Of a DNA stretch of 64,000 nucleotides, positions 1 through 13,052 are shown in pieces. How positions within the stretch are numbered: the stretch's first letter is position 1; each line of letters opens with the position of its first letter. Location: positions 37,002,388 to 37,066,387 of the forward strand of contig NC_092670.1 of NCBI RefSeq assembly GCF_964355755.1, given 5' to 3'. The notes below the pieces were generated by a model. The model was given only the letters and a program-made list of their open reading frames with translations. It had not been told where the DNA came from and did no database searches. Both the position numbers and the translations under genes were made by a program. The DNA comes from Antedon mediterranea (Eukaryota > Animalia > Echinodermata).

Positions 1-46
1 GGGGAGTGTTTATGTAATAATGAATCATTGTTATATAGATTCTTAC

Positions 47-3000
47 CCATGTTGGTTGATCAATTAAACACGAATTTTGAAGATGCTTAAATGCTTCTAT
101 ATTGCAATTAGATACTGTTGTTTGGTTATCGGAGCTGTGAAAAAAAAGAAATACATATTATACAAATACATACAAAGAAATAAAAACTTTAAAATATTTG
201 AAATACATTTTTTCCGTAGGAGAGTACGAATTGTAGCTTGAAATGTTTATTAAAATGTAATACGTTGTCGACAGACCCTAGAAGCGAACAAATCAAGTGT
301 TTTCATGCAATATTGGGTCGGCAGCCATTTTAAAATGGCCACAATTTTTATTAAATATGATCAAAAAGTTCTGCTTATGCAGCTGGAGATTTTTTTCTGT
401 TAGTCATTTGTGTACCGTTCAACTAACGATGTATGAAGATAGTGTTCTCTCTATTGTAGTTTTTACAAAACATCAGTAACGATTGTTCTTTCAGAAATTG
501 ATAATTTCTAACCTTGAAAAATTACTAAATAAATCATCCATTAAACATTGCTCCTGAGCACCGCACTTGCACGACTCTGTAATTAAATTATTTTTATATT
601 AATTGCTATTTTTATTTCACCGAAATTCATCATATATCTCGCCATAACAGACTGTATGTCGTCTGTTAAAATATTAGGTAGCCCCCTATAGTTTATATTA
701 TGAGACGAATGTAGAGGGCATACTTTTTCAAGGCTATAACAGAAAATTTAAGAATATAAATAGATGCTCTGATACTTATTCTTTATTATAACTTACCGGA
801 TAAGTTGTTTGTGTCTGTGAAACCTAAATTTCTACCCAGTCCATACATAACCTGTCTAGCTATAGTTCCCACGTCTTCAATCTATACAACATAAGATTAA
901 GAATAACATAACAATTATTATGTAGATATCATAAGCCCAGAATATATCATAATTACTTATTACTAGGCCCTACGTTAATTTAAATTATACAGTATAGATA
1001 GATTGCCTAGGCAAAATGATAATATAATTATTAATTAAAGTATAATATCAATATATCGCAATTTACCAAATAACCTAACTAAAATAAAGGAGATTATTTT
1101 TGAAAACTCTTTTGAGTTTGACTTGTAACATCTATTATAATGCACACTCAGAATACAAGATGATAATGATATGAAATATCATAGTTATTATAGATTACGT
1201 CATCGCGTAATTAAGATTAATGCGCGTGGTTAAAAAAGTCAAAATTCACGTTAGATGAATGGTCTTAAAAACTGATGCCGAGTGAGATAGAGAACAGCGG
1301 AAGACTAGTGTCTGCATAGTAATACATGTGTTGACATTAAATATTACTGTATTAGATAAGTAAGACATGAATATTTTCTTATGTCTGACGCATAATATAT
1401 TTAATTAGTTCCAAATGCTATTTTGTTAGATGTTGTTATTAGGATCAACATGATTAGGAAATCAGGGAATCTTCCCTGCTTCCTGATGAAATTCACTACT
1501 GTTCACTAACTTCCTTCTTAGAGAAATAAACAAGAAGTTTTCCAACCGTTTATTACTTTTTGGAATAGTGTATCCTTATGATTGAATTCTTCTTCTTTAG
1601 AATTTAAAAGACATTTCTAGTATTTCTTATTTTAGAATGTTTATATATAATTAGACTTAGAATGCACTGGGTTTTGAGGTAATTTATTATTTATCTAAAT
1701 AGAAACGAAATGTGTTCATTGTTGAGCTATTAATAGTACTATATCAATTATAGAAAGCACTCTTTGGCTTTCAATAATTCAATTCTCCATCAAATAGAAA
1801 CACTGGAGCTTTTCTACGCAGTCTTAGTATGTTTACCTTTGCCTCTATGATAATACTATTACAATTACTAATACAATTATACGATACATTATTTTATGGA
1901 AATGTTATGGAAATTCGTTGATTAAACTTCCTAAGTTTCAATTCACGAAGGAATTGGTATCTTTCATGCTATATTACACTTTTCGATAGCGTCAGCTCAT
2001 GTTACTTTAACATACTTACATTAATAACTCCACCTGTAAAAGAACTAGTACACATAGTATTGAATGTTGATTCAACAGAAGCAATAGATGAAAACCTGAA
2101 ATAGATATAAAAGTATAGTGTTATGTTGTTTCAGGTGAAGAGTATAAAAATCTCATTTACATTCGTTGTTCTATATCTTTCATTATGCAAATACACTAAC
2201 TTTAGAATTTTAGTAATTAGTTGAATAGTGTACGTTGCCATACATTGTTAATGTTCTAATTTAAATTCTTTATATAAGTTAAAGTTGTATTGTCCCTCTA
2301 AAAAATAGTTCTTTAAAAAAAATTTTAATATGCCATTTTATTGTCACATAATAGTTATCCATTTTGAAAAATATTGGATAGAAAAAAATGTATTTACCTG
2401 ATGACATTTTAATTTAATGCAAAAAATAGTCAAATTTGCTTCCAACCAGTATGTTTGATTTTGGTCGATTTTATAAGTGAAATATTTTTTTTTTCTACGA
2501 AATTGATTAACTTTATTAAAAGTACAAAATAACCTATCCAAAGTCTGATTCAAATAATCTTCATTTTCATGTTTTTGGGGGCAATACATCTTTAACAAGA
2601 GTAAATTTGGGTAATAAAATGCTTTGCTATAATATTCAAGAAACACATAGTAATATACAATAATTGAAGATACAGTGTATGATAACCTACCGAATTAAAA
2701 ACGTTGAATCACTCTTTGATATTTTATTTAATTGTTCTAATTCTCGAAGTGTATCAGTATTAGAATTGGATTCTAGAGATGATGCTGGCACTGGAATAAG
2801 TTGAAGGTTAGACAGAATAACACTAGTATTTAGTTGTTCCTGAAAGACCTGTAAATTATTAAGAAATTTGATTTTAACTTTAAATTATACAGAAATCACA
2901 ACTACTATGTATCTTTAGAAGTAACTCCCAAAATAGTAGGCCTAATGTTAGTATTTTAACAGAGTAGATTGTAATTGTTAATTAATTCATTAATTTGTTA

Positions 3001-4848
3001 TCAGAATCAATAAGTATGTCCACGTAAGTCTATTTGTTATCATGGCTACAGTTACATTCTAGTTTCTAAAAAAACTTTCAATTACACAATGATGTATCTT
3101 ATGGAAATAAAATTGAATTGAATTTTGCGTTGATTACAAAAACATTACTGGATCAAGGAGACTAATATTAAGAAAAACTGGATCAAGCAGACTAATCTAA
3201 ATGTCATTAGGTATTATTTATTAATAATAATTAATAATGTGTAGGCCTATTAGAAACATTGCTCTGTATACTTACTTGATCAACATGCTTAATAGCTTCT
3301 ATAATAAACTGCTTGTGTTCGCTAAAATTTTGTCCAAGCTATAAAAAAATGATATTCTTATTCTTGATTCATGAATTACTGATTGACTTTAAATAGATCA
3401 TGTCAAAGAACTTATAACACAAGAATCTCCTGTTCTTCAATTTGCATTCAAAACACAGTATCGGAAGTACAGGGTTAAAAGGTCAAACTGGGCGACGCCA
3501 TTTCACAGCATGGAGCAGCGCCCCCTCCAAACTAGGAAGTCAATTACTCTACCCCCAGAGTATTAGCAGAACCCCTCTATGATTTTGACTTTCTAATTTG
3601 ATGTGGGCGCCCTACTCCTCAGTCAATTACTCTACCCCCCTAGAGTATTAGCAGATCCCCTCTATGATTTTGACTTTTTCATTTGATGCGGGTGGGCTCC
3701 ATGGCTCACAATGGCGCCACCCATAGCTCTATTCTATCCCACAATGCCTTTCGAGATTGTTACGCGCTTCGGACGAACAGGAGATTCTTGTGTTATAAGT
3801 TATTTGATCATGTGTATTGTCTATACAAGTTAAATGATCTTACAAATCTTAGTCAGACAATCTATATCATTAACATTACAATATTAGCCTTATGGTACAT
3901 GCGTATCTAAGAAGCACAATTTCTTTTTAAATAGACATAAATTATTGTATTTTGCCCGCAGCAAAATATCCAATACATTCGCTTTAATATCGTTGTATGA
4001 TTTGATTGGATTAGATTGATTTATTTAGGTTATGAAGACGTCAGAATAATAACACAGCAGTCATTGCCTTTCAACTAGGAGACTTTCAAAACATCGCTTT
4101 GGTTAACTTTGATTAATAACTGATCAAAAACCCGATAGAAAATCAGGAAAATGAGTGACAGAACAAATTCAAAGTATCGTTTGTCAAAATACATTCCATC
4201 GTGTGTTGTATTGTAATAAGGGCTATTTTAGTATTTTGTCTGTCACGTTAGTGTAGTATCAGGAAGGCAATCTAACAACAAGACACTAAGCTCGTCTTGC
4301 CAAAATAGAAACTCGTGACATTCCTTTGATCTTATGTCTGGTTGCGACAAATACCAACAGTATACTGCACTATGTAAAAGTCTCCGCGCCGTTACAGGGC
4401 GTAAAACTGATCGGGTCACATCCAGATAGATAAACTCTTTGATCTTCTGGGCTCAGTATCCTGTTTTTAGGTTGTATTGGTATCAGTTACTGCAGAATTT
4501 AGTTCTTCTAGACCAGGGGTGTTCATCGGAAATAAATGCATTGATACAATCGAAAAATAATCGAATATAGTAATCACAGAATTAACTTTTTGCAATCGGA
4601 ACATTTTCCACCACTGTCTAAAGCGTAGTTCCCACTTGCGACGCAACTTAACGCAATCTACGCAACGTAAGTAAATGTCCTTTTAATAATTGTGTTTGCC
4701 CCCACCTACGTGAAATCAAACCTGCGATGTTTGCAGCACTATTGCGTCGATACGTCGCTGCGTTGCGTTCTAGTGGGAACCCCGCTAAAAGATCGAATTT
4801 AGTGCATCAATCAGAATCGTTATAAATTTAACCCGTTTCGTTAGTTAG

Positions 4849-4882
<34 letters not shown>

Positions 4883-5459
4883 TTGTATCCTTTGATAAAT
4901 TTATTATGTAGATAAATATATATACATGTCAAACATCAATCGATGACTTGCAATTAAAACATGAAATATTAAGTCTCACATTGAGGTAGTTTAAATTCAA
5001 TGCAAATAAAATAATAATGATAGCATTAGGTTCATCTGCAGTTAGAGCAAGCAGCTAAGCACCCTTGTGAGCAGAGTCGTAATATTCAATTACTTTTTAG
5101 ACTCTGTGGTTATTTGAAAGCTGTATTGCACCCTTGGCAACAATTCTAAACGAATTATTATTATTCGCAAAGAATCAATTGATATCATCAAGACAGAGAT
5201 GCTAATTCTCTTAGGATCTTTGATTTATTGCGTTCCAGACTTAATCAAAATTGAGTAATATACTTAAATTGTATAGAGTGCAACAACAGGTAATTTATTT
5301 CATTAGAAAAGCAATTAACTCCTCGATAATTTGTATCTTTCACGAGTTGATAACATATGGGATAGACGCATTGTTGGTTGATGGGAACAGGTAGCAACAA
5401 CTCACCAAGAAGACTGAGAGATCGATGTATCTTGAAACATTGTCGCTTTGACTTGATAA
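47..5459 (-). CDS. ADAM-family (M12B/reprolysin) metalloprotease-like protein, catalytically inactive, ADAM11/22/23-like; partial, 3' part lies beyond the window start
   Basis: Phase-compatible GT-AG exons: 5459-5406 (LSSQSDNVSRYIDLSVFL), 3338-3276 (LGQNFSEHKQFIIEAIKHVDQ), 2848-2691 (VFQEQLNTSVILSNLQL...DTLRELEQLNKISKSDSTFLIR), 2095-2020 (FSSIASVESTFNTMCTSSFTGGVIN), 881-797 (IEDVGTIARQVMYGLGRNLGFTDTNNLS), 576-513 (ESCKCGAQEQCLMDDLFSNFS), 134-47 (SSDNQTTVSNCNIEAFKHLQNSCLIDQPTW). Motif order matches the ADAM metalloprotease domain (YIEL, L.T.V.L, TLRE, C...GGV, CxC...CxM Met-turn, C...CL..P). The 5459-5406 exon is the least certain. Confidence 0.85.
2283..2591. mobile_element. Non-autonomous DNA transposon, Kolobok-like (family K1)
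   Basis: TTAA on both flanks; imperfect TIRs AGTTGTATTGTCCC / GGGGCAATACATCT. Related copies at 17340-17598 (reverse) and about 20910-21170 (partial). Confidence 0.65.
3403..3807. mobile_element. MITE with about 33-bp TIRs and an internal direct repeat
   Basis: ACTTATAACACAAGAATCTCCTGTTC (3410-3435) is the exact reverse complement of 3775-3800. An internal block of about 50 bp (CAATTACTCTACCCCC...GATTTTGACTTT) occurs twice. Confidence 0.7.
4622..4786. mobile_element. PIF/Harbinger (Tourist)-like MITE, family H1b (internally deleted)
   Basis: Ends AGCGTAGTTCCCACT...AGTGGGAACCCCGCT; internal AATAATTGTGTTTGCCCC...AAATCAAACC shared with other H1b copies. Confidence 0.75.
4849..4879. repeat. (TA)n microsatellite
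   Basis: About 15 TA units; another (TA)n run at about 22460-22482. Confidence 0.9.
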
Positions 5460-5639
5460 CTGAAATTAAATGTAGATTGAAATAGCATTGGTTATTTGTT
5501 ATGTAATGTAAAACTAAATGTAGCTTGCGTTCAAATGGTAATGATAATGATACATTTATTGAACAAACGCTTTTGTATCAGCGGCACACGTTTATAAGGC
5601 AATGTAAAAACAAAAAGAAAAGTTTTTTTTTCTGTCTTC

Positions 5640-5757
5640 TTGTTTAACAAGGCCATATACATCAGTCGCGTCCACAAAATTGAGTTAGTGTCTACCGACT
5701 GGCCGACTAACCGACCGACATAGTGAGCTGTAGAGTCGCGTTGCACGCGACTAAAAA
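5640..5757 (-). mobile_element. Helentron-associated (HINE/DINE-1-like) short element
   Basis: On the minus strand: T-run, hairpin AGTCGCGTGCAACGCGACT, (GTCG)-type microsatellite and a repeated ACGCGACT. Related fragment at about 16625-16675 (+). Confidence 0.45.
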
Positions 5758-6499
5758 TATATATTTATATCGTGTATTTTAAGATATCCTGTTAATGGCA
5801 TTTGGCTGTTGGATGTAAATGTGAATTCGAAAAAAGTAAATTAAAAAATTGTTAAAACATTTTTTTTTAAATAAAAGTTCTTGTACGGACGCGTAGTTTT
5901 TGGTGATGTACTCTATGTGTTTATTACAGTCAAACCTTATTGCATTTTTTGGCATATTGACCCACTGCAAAAAAAGGCTACCTATTTCGTAAAATTGATT
6001 TTAAACGGGTAATAGTGCTTTTTCCGTTTTTGGATGAAGAAAACCAAACCAAAAATAGGAATTTATTTTCTCTATAATAATAATAACTTATACATAGGCT
6101 ACTGAACAACTTTAACATTTTCAGTAGGCCTAATGTTTCTTTTTTTGAAGTAACCTATTGAAAATAATCTGACATAAATTGTTGTTAATATTGTCTATAC
6201 GGAGTAAATTTGTAATGTTATCAACAAAGTACTATACCTTTTAAATTGAAGTTATAAATAATTAATAGCCTTTCAACGTTTAATCAATGTTAAATGTCAA
6301 TAAACTGCGATGCCATGGTAGCTTTCCACACGCACTAGCGCTGTTGAAAAAGCCTTTACCATAATTTGTGCTAGATACTCGCGAGTATGTTTTTCGAGTA
6401 GAAAGTACAAATCTACTTTTTAGAGTTGAAGAAGCATTTTTACTTAATAATTTATAATTTGAAAACATTTTTTATTTCTAAATTTATATTTTAAGTTAA

Positions 6500-7071
6500 A
6501 GGCCAGGTGCGGACAAAACATTTCTATTGATCATACATTCCAATAAATATCGATCTATATTTTCCCCTATGTTTCATACTTTTTATGATTTTATTTGTGT
6601 TACACTAGCTTGTTAAAAATAAGCACTTTCTTATCAGTGAGGGGAACATTCAAATTACACAGTAAAATCTCTATTCTTAGAGAGGCATTTTTAAAAAACT
6701 ATGAAAAATAAACGGTGTGGTAAAAAATGTTATCAGATGACTAAATATAAGTAATATGACTTGAATTTTACGTTTCTAGTATTTTTATTCAACTTCAGAG
6801 TTTTATTTTCATGCTATAGCAAAAAGTAGCCACCGTATATCCGCCATCTTTTTTCACCTTCTTGGGAGTCACTAGACATGCTGTTACACTAGGTAAAACT
6901 ACCTATCTATTGAAAAAAGTCTTCATGCTTTTAAAGCAGAATTTTGCCAAATTTTGTATTTGACCATTTTAAGGGAAATTCATGTTTTTTGTCTTGATTT
7001 CTGTTACAAATGTTTGATTTATGTATAATTAACCAGATATTATATTTAAAATGTATGCCTGTACCTGAGCT
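6500..7071. mobile_element. Non-autonomous DNA transposon, Kolobok-like (family K2)
   Basis: TTAA|AGGCCAGGTGC ... GTACCTGAGCT|TTAA; a near-full-length second copy lies at 24391-24939. Confidence 0.75.
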
Positions 7072-7576
7072 TTAAGGGTGCCAGAGATCAAAATCTTTGC
7101 TTGCACGATAAATATTACTATATCTGTATTGTATAATCTTTCACTGTCAGTACTGATGTACTGTATTAGAATGGGAGGCTTGTGATACAATACATTGATA
7201 TGCGTCGACGACCATATAAGATCTGTGTAAAATTAACGTAGGCAGTGAATAAAAATGTAGACTTTTTCAGAATGCGCATAAATCTAGGCATGTGATTAAA
7301 ATACTTGATGTCGAAACTCTAAAGATTAACAATCCCAGCTAAGCTGGTACAGTGTAGCTGTAATTTTCTGTGATTCTGAAAATGCTATTAGCTCTATCAA
7401 TCAAGCCTCGCCTAGCCAGGTCTTATAAATCGGAAGATTCAATTTGGTCGAAGCAATTACGTATAAGGCTTTTGGACGTTAATTAAGTGCTGATCAACAA
7501 TCTGGGCTTGAATGCAGTGGATACTCTAGTACGATGACATCCAAGCCAATAAAGTGTTATACACATTATTAGCTCA

Positions 7577-7786
7577 ACCAAGGCAATCTAACAACAGGGC
7601 ACTGAGCTCGGCTTGTAAAGATAGGAACTCGTAGCAGTCTTTTGATCGTATGTCTGGCTGCAAAAATACCACCAACAGTACTGTACTATGTACATATTCT
7701 GTGCCGTGTGTTAAGGGGCATAGAACTGATCGTGTCGCAGCCACACAGATAAACAATTTGATCTCCAGGTGTTAGATTGCCTTGGT
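7577..7786. mobile_element. MITE with 17-18 bp perfect TIRs
   Basis: AACCAAGGCAATCTAACA (7576-7593) pairs with TGTTAGATTGCCTTGGTT (7770-7787); diverged copy at about 4264-4460. Confidence 0.7.
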
Positions 7787-8859
7787 TTAAAGTGGTTTTG
7801 CTAGATCATTTTCCTAAAATTTGCGCTGTAAATAAATTATTTTCAAAATCGTAATTTTTGGTGACGTTTGCCACCTCGAATAGTACTGCTAGATTTCAGT
7901 AAAGGTGTGTTGAAAGGATGTATAGCTTATAGCTGATTTATTAAACAGGCTAATGCGATTTTGCAGACTATTTAACTTGAATAATTATCATATATCTGAT
8001 GAACATTAGTAGTGCTGTAAACTTCACTTTAAATGTAAATTGTCGGTAATCAAAATGATGAGATAGTGTATATAAGTGAAGCCCGTGTACAATCTTTTTA
8101 ATAATTTTTCGCGTTAAAATGCATCCCTTTTTTCTATAACTGACGAATATGGTGGGTCTATCATTTGAGTCAATACAGCTTTCCTATGAAATGACATATG
8201 TTTCTCCATATATTTTATATAACCAAAATATACATTACTGGAGTCATAGTTCTTCACTAAACGACATCACTCAAAATACAGATTGCTCCTCGTCATTTTA
8301 AAATGCGCGTACGTGCTTCTAATTATCTTTCTAATTTTTGTCAGCAATTTTCAACTTTTTAAGTAAGCTGTTGTTGCTTTCATATCTCTGTTTATACAAA
8401 AAATAGCCATAGATAAATTAAATGGCAAGATCGTCAAATAAGCAAACCACTGTCGAGTGATTTGATTTGACAGTTATTCAGTGATCAGTGTTAGTTAACC
8501 AATCAAACACGCGATACTTCCTCAAATTGCAAACATTTTAAGTTGTAAAATAATAAGGTCGAACGTTTTACCCAGAGGACAGTTGTTCTCCGGCTTCATC
8601 TTATATCCACATTTCATTATTTTAGGATTCCCAAATGGCTCACTTTTCGATTATATTACAGAATAAAGATCTCAATTTCTCTATCTACTTTAGCACGTGT
8701 TGTCTAAAACTACAATTAAACGTTGTGGATGCTTAATTGAGGTAATTCAAGCAAAAAGTTTTCAAATTTGCAGTCAGTTTGGCGATAATTATCTTTTGTA
8801 AATGGTCATTGTGTCTTTTATCTCGATACATTCTTTTGAAAAAATATTGGGTTATTTTG

Positions 8860-9450
8860 GAAATGTTGATATTTCTTTATCTTTTCTATCAATGCATTCT
8901 TCTTTTCCTTCTCTTTTATTTATCTTCCTTTCTTTTTGTTAATCTATTTCTTTCTCTCATTTGTCTCTTTTCCATACCCTTCTCTCTATTTTCTATCTCT
9001 TTATCTTCTTTTGTTTATCTTTCTGTTTATTTTATTTTCTTTCTGTTCAATTTTTTTTTCTATTTCATAAATTCTTCCTCTTTTCAATATCTTTCTTTCT
9101 CTTTTCAATATATTATTTTTTCTATCTCTTATTTTCACATTTTTATTTCTCTTTCTTCCTTGTTCTCTCTATTCCACTTTCGCCTTTCTTTTTATTTTCT
9201 ATCTCTTCCTCTTATCTATTTCTTCCTCTTTTCTATCCCTCTCTTTCTTCATTTTCCATCTATTTCTTTGCCTTTTCTAGCTATTTTCTATTCTCTTTAT
9301 CTCTTCTTTTCTGTGTCTCCATTTTATTTTCTTTTACTTCCTTAATCTCTTTATACAACGTTGTTTATCTTTTATGTTCCATTTCTTTACCCTTTTGTTT
9401 TCATTACACAATCTTTTTTCTCACTCTTTTCCGTTCTCTTTCTTCCTAGT
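8860..9450. repeat. Pyrimidine-rich (CT/T) low-complexity tract
   Basis: About 600 bp almost devoid of G; it accounts for the F/S/L-rich ORFs 8779-9345 and 8961-9449. Confidence 0.85.
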
Positions 9451-9822
9451 TATTTTTCTGCCATTACATGTATTTTCTCGTAAAATCTTATAATGGACCA
9501 ACATTAATACACTAGACATACCTTAGATAATAACTGTTGATAATCGTTGTCTGAAATATAAAGAAAAAATTTGCAATGTAAGCACCGAGTTTTTAATGAG
9601 AATACTATACAACGATGGCCTCTATTAAGAAAATACATTTTCTGTCTCAATATTATAATTATATTTAAATGTAGGTTATTTGTATTCCCCATACTCACTT
9701 AATATGTATACTTTAGTTTGCATGCTTATACCAATATAAACAACAGATTTATAGTTTTGCAAGCGAGTATTTCTTTCAATAAACAAACCTGTTTGTAAAT
9801 GTTTAAAATTAGTATTTTGTAC

Positions 9823-9943
9823 CTGTCTTGTGCTTTGCGGAGTATACAACTGACGTCATCATTGCTAAAACACAGAAACGAATCCAGGTCGTGTCCATAG
9901 CTTTCATATTCTGATTTAGCCCATTCCTGGGGGTTGAGGTCAT
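9823..9943 (-). CDS. Candidate first coding exon (signal-peptide-like) of the ADAM-like gene
   Basis: Acceptor TTTTTCTTCAG ending at 9960 and donor AG|GTACAA at 9822. Only one frame is open: MTSTPRNGLNQNMKAMDTTWIRFCVLAMMTSVVYSAKHKT, with a hydrophobic core and a V-Y-S/A cleavage-like site. It ends in phase 1 while the next identified exon starts in phase 0, so linkage needs an unidentified exon. Confidence 0.45.
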
Positions 9944-10734
9944 AGGTTGACTAGGAATTCTGAAGAAAAATTAAATTATTAATAATAATACGGGTATTTC
10001 TAAAATTGGAGCAATGATGATATTAAAGAAACATATATCGAATCAGAGTAAGAGCAGTTATTCTGTAAATATTTTAACTGAACTTTACGAATAAAAAATG
10101 TGTTTAATATTTGAAGGCTATTAACATAATGTGGAATAAGAGGTCCTAGAAATGTTGTTTAAAATAAGAGAGACCACTGCACTAAGATCAGACTATTATT
10201 ATAAAAAAAGACATGATCTATATTGTCGCAATGATGTTATACAATATTGTAATGCTAATGCGGATTAATGAAGCTATAACCATTCCACTACTATGTCCTC
10301 GAAAATGATAAAACATTGTATCCGCTTGGTACATAAATTAAATGCTTATAATATATTCAAAACTCTCGAAGCACTAAACGGTAAAACGTGCATCGACTAC
10401 TTTGTTCCCGTGTCGTCTCTTCGTTTATAATGTATAAATAGAAGACAATCATACAAGAGAACATTATCTGTACTGTATTTCAAATTGAGATGAGAGTATT
10501 TTAGTTGTATATATTTATACTGTACTAAATTGTTACTATTTGGTCTAGTTATAATGTCACGATCGAATTTGAAGGAGGAGGTGAATTATGGGTAATTGGA
10601 AGTTTGAATGATGATCATGTTGATACGCTATAAATTTAGTGTTGTTATTGAAAACAGCTCTGTCTTGAACGGCAGGTTGAAAAGCTGCTTAAAACTTGGC
10701 GTGCTTACGTCCTTGCGTTGCGTGACCACGCTAA

Positions 10735-10898
10735 CGCGTGGTTCCCACTAGCGACGCAACACAAGGACGTAACGCAACGCAAGTGAATTGACCAATCACA
10801 AGCGATGGCTTATTCGCTTGTGATTGCTAACTTGTCATTGGTTAAAATGCTTGCGTTGCGTTTACGTCCTTGCGTTACGTTCTAGTGGGAACCAAGCT
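10735..10898. mobile_element. PIF/Harbinger-like MITE H1a
   Basis: TIRs GTGGTTCCCACTAG / CTAGTGGGAACCAAGCT; core GTGAATTGACCAATCACAAGCGATGGCTTATTCGCTTGTGATTG. Abuts a partial H1b copy (10902 to about 11050). Confidence 0.85.
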
Positions 10899-11694
10899 TA
10901 TAGCTTGGTTCCCACTAGCGACTTCCAATAATTGTGTTTGACCCGCCCGCGTGTAATCAAACCCGCGATGTTTGCAGCACTATTGCATCGTCGGTTCCCA
11001 CTTGTGATTACGCAATACACCACTTTGCGTCAATCGTTGCTACGTTGACTCGCGCGTTCAACATGGCTTCTGTTCGTGTGTTAACCGTATGGTACAGGTA
11101 TCTCTCTTATCAGATCGCATTGCACTACTGATGAAATAACGAGGCGTATCTTTGATGTTGCGTTCTGGTCAATCAAATTTCTTCACGTCAATTCTTGTTT
11201 TATTGAAATAATATCAATTCACTATCATTACGTAATCTTCTGACTATTAGACTGAACCTATACAATATTTATCTAATAGCACTAAGATTCAGACCTACTG
11301 TCTAGCACACAGTCATAATTTATTCAAACATCCCATAATTCCTCAGGTTTGAAATTAATTTATTTTTAAAGACGTTTTAGTGGATTTATGCTCTTGTATT
11401 TTGTTTTACAACGAACTTTTATGGTTATTGCCATTTTAGTGCCGGATACCGTGTAGGGTATCAATTTCAATCCTGAATATAGGACATGGTATTTATATAT
11501 CGGTATTATCATAAATCGCTTAAGGCGTTTCATCTTATATTAATAATATTATACAATAAATTATGTATATAAGCCTTGTAATAAATGTGTTTGATTTTCC
11601 TTTTAGTTAATTAATTTCGTCATCTGCTAAAATGTTGTTCTCGACTCGGTGAACACATATAGGCTAAGCTAACACTTTCTAGTAACGATTTTAA

Positions 11695-11879
11695 AGCGTG
11701 GTTCCCACTAGCGACGCAATACAAGGACGTAACGCAACGCAAGTGAATTGACCAATCACAAGCGATGGCTTATTCGCTTGTGATTGATTGCTAACTGTCT
11801 ATAACTTCCCTTGTCATTGGTTAAAACGCTTGCGTTGCGTTTACGTCCTTGCGTTACGTTATATAGTGGGAACCAAACT
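11695..11879. mobile_element. PIF/Harbinger-like MITE H1a
   Basis: Full copy with TAA on both flanks. Confidence 0.85.
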
Positions 11880-12574
11880 TAAGCGTTGGCAACGTGCGAA
11901 CCTAAATGCACTGTAAACACGCCCATACCAATGTTTGTATACGCTTTCATTTTTTATTTTAATTTTATATACATAATTAAACCACTTGATTTTATTGTAC
12001 CATACTATAATGCACTGTGATAAATGTCAAAAACCCTGCTGTGCACTAAAGGCTAGTATAATATGGTACGTCATGTTTTGTCTCTGATTAATGACAGAAG
12101 CACAATTATTAGAAGGTCATTTGCTAACGTTGTGTAGACTGCATTACGTTGCGTCGCTAGTGGGAAATAAGCTTAAATGCATAAGCCACTATATTGTTTG
12201 GAAAGTTTGGAGATAGAACATTGCACTACTATCGAACACATGGAGAATTACTCTAAGGTCCATTTACGCTAGGACGTTAAAAAAATAACGATCGGCGATA
12301 AATAGAAAAATATGCATTTTTAATCCTCAAAATTATGTCATGAGTGATAAACATGTGGGAGAAAGGTTGGGCAGCAGTCGAGCAGACACGGGACTATTAC
12401 AGTCTGTTTGATGTCGCTAAACATGGTATGGTACGAGAATCTAGACGTAGATCTAATTAATTATAGATATTCATAACGACCATAATTACGGCGTTAAATT
12501 AAAGTTGAACATTTTTATCAATCAAATCAAGAGTACGATTTCACCCTGGCTGCAAATACGTCATCTATTTCTTA

Positions 12575-12704
12575 AGCTCTGTCTACACACTATCAAACTT
12601 TATGTGACAAAAAATGTCCATATATGGACATGATGATGTCATATCACTACCATATTTGGTTGGACACTTTTTTGTCGAACTAGTTTGATAGTGTACACAG
12701 AGCT
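12575..12704. mobile_element. PIF/Harbinger-like MITE family H2
   Basis: TIRs AGCTCTGTCTACAC...GTGTACACAGAGCT with TTA on both flanks; internal CCATATATGGACATGATGATGTCATATCACTACC. Other copies or fragments near 17149, 19856-20044, 32106-32243, 38307-38470, 50392-50535, 51579, 54942, 55653-55755, 56847-56940, 57176, 58473-58605, 59529-59655. Confidence 0.8.
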
Positions 12705-13052
12705 TTAGATTTAGGTCTTTCTCTTTAACCTTAAACTGGAAATATAGAATGTTTATTTCATACATTTTATATTTTGTCATAACTTTTGGTTTTCCAGAGC
12801 GTTGTCTGTCATAATAAATATAAAATATTATGACATACTGCTACTTACATGCAGAATTTTTATGTTGATCAATAATTTATTTGTTGCGACTTATTTCAAT
12901 TTAGATATGTATGCCTAGATATTTGTTAAAGCTGGTTTGATTTTCAGTGACATTATTATAGCGACCTACCTTGAAAACATTCTTATTTTAAGACACTCAT
13001 TTGTATCTGTATCTTAGTTTATATGGATTGTATATATATTCGATTCGATATA

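Noticed and set aside
1462-1616. Minus-strand frame KCLLNSKEEEF...GKIP* resembling a reprolysin C-terminus
   Set aside because: It lies before the zinc-motif exon, and the CLIDQP exon at 134-47 fits phase and order.
8779-9449. Long hydrophobic F/L/S-rich ORFs suggesting a membrane protein
   Set aside because: Artefact of a pyrimidine-rich low-complexity tract.
12970-13006. Possible upstream exon of the ADAM-like gene (CAG...AAG|GTAGGT on minus)
   Set aside because: Weak acceptor and no homology support; possible but unsupported.
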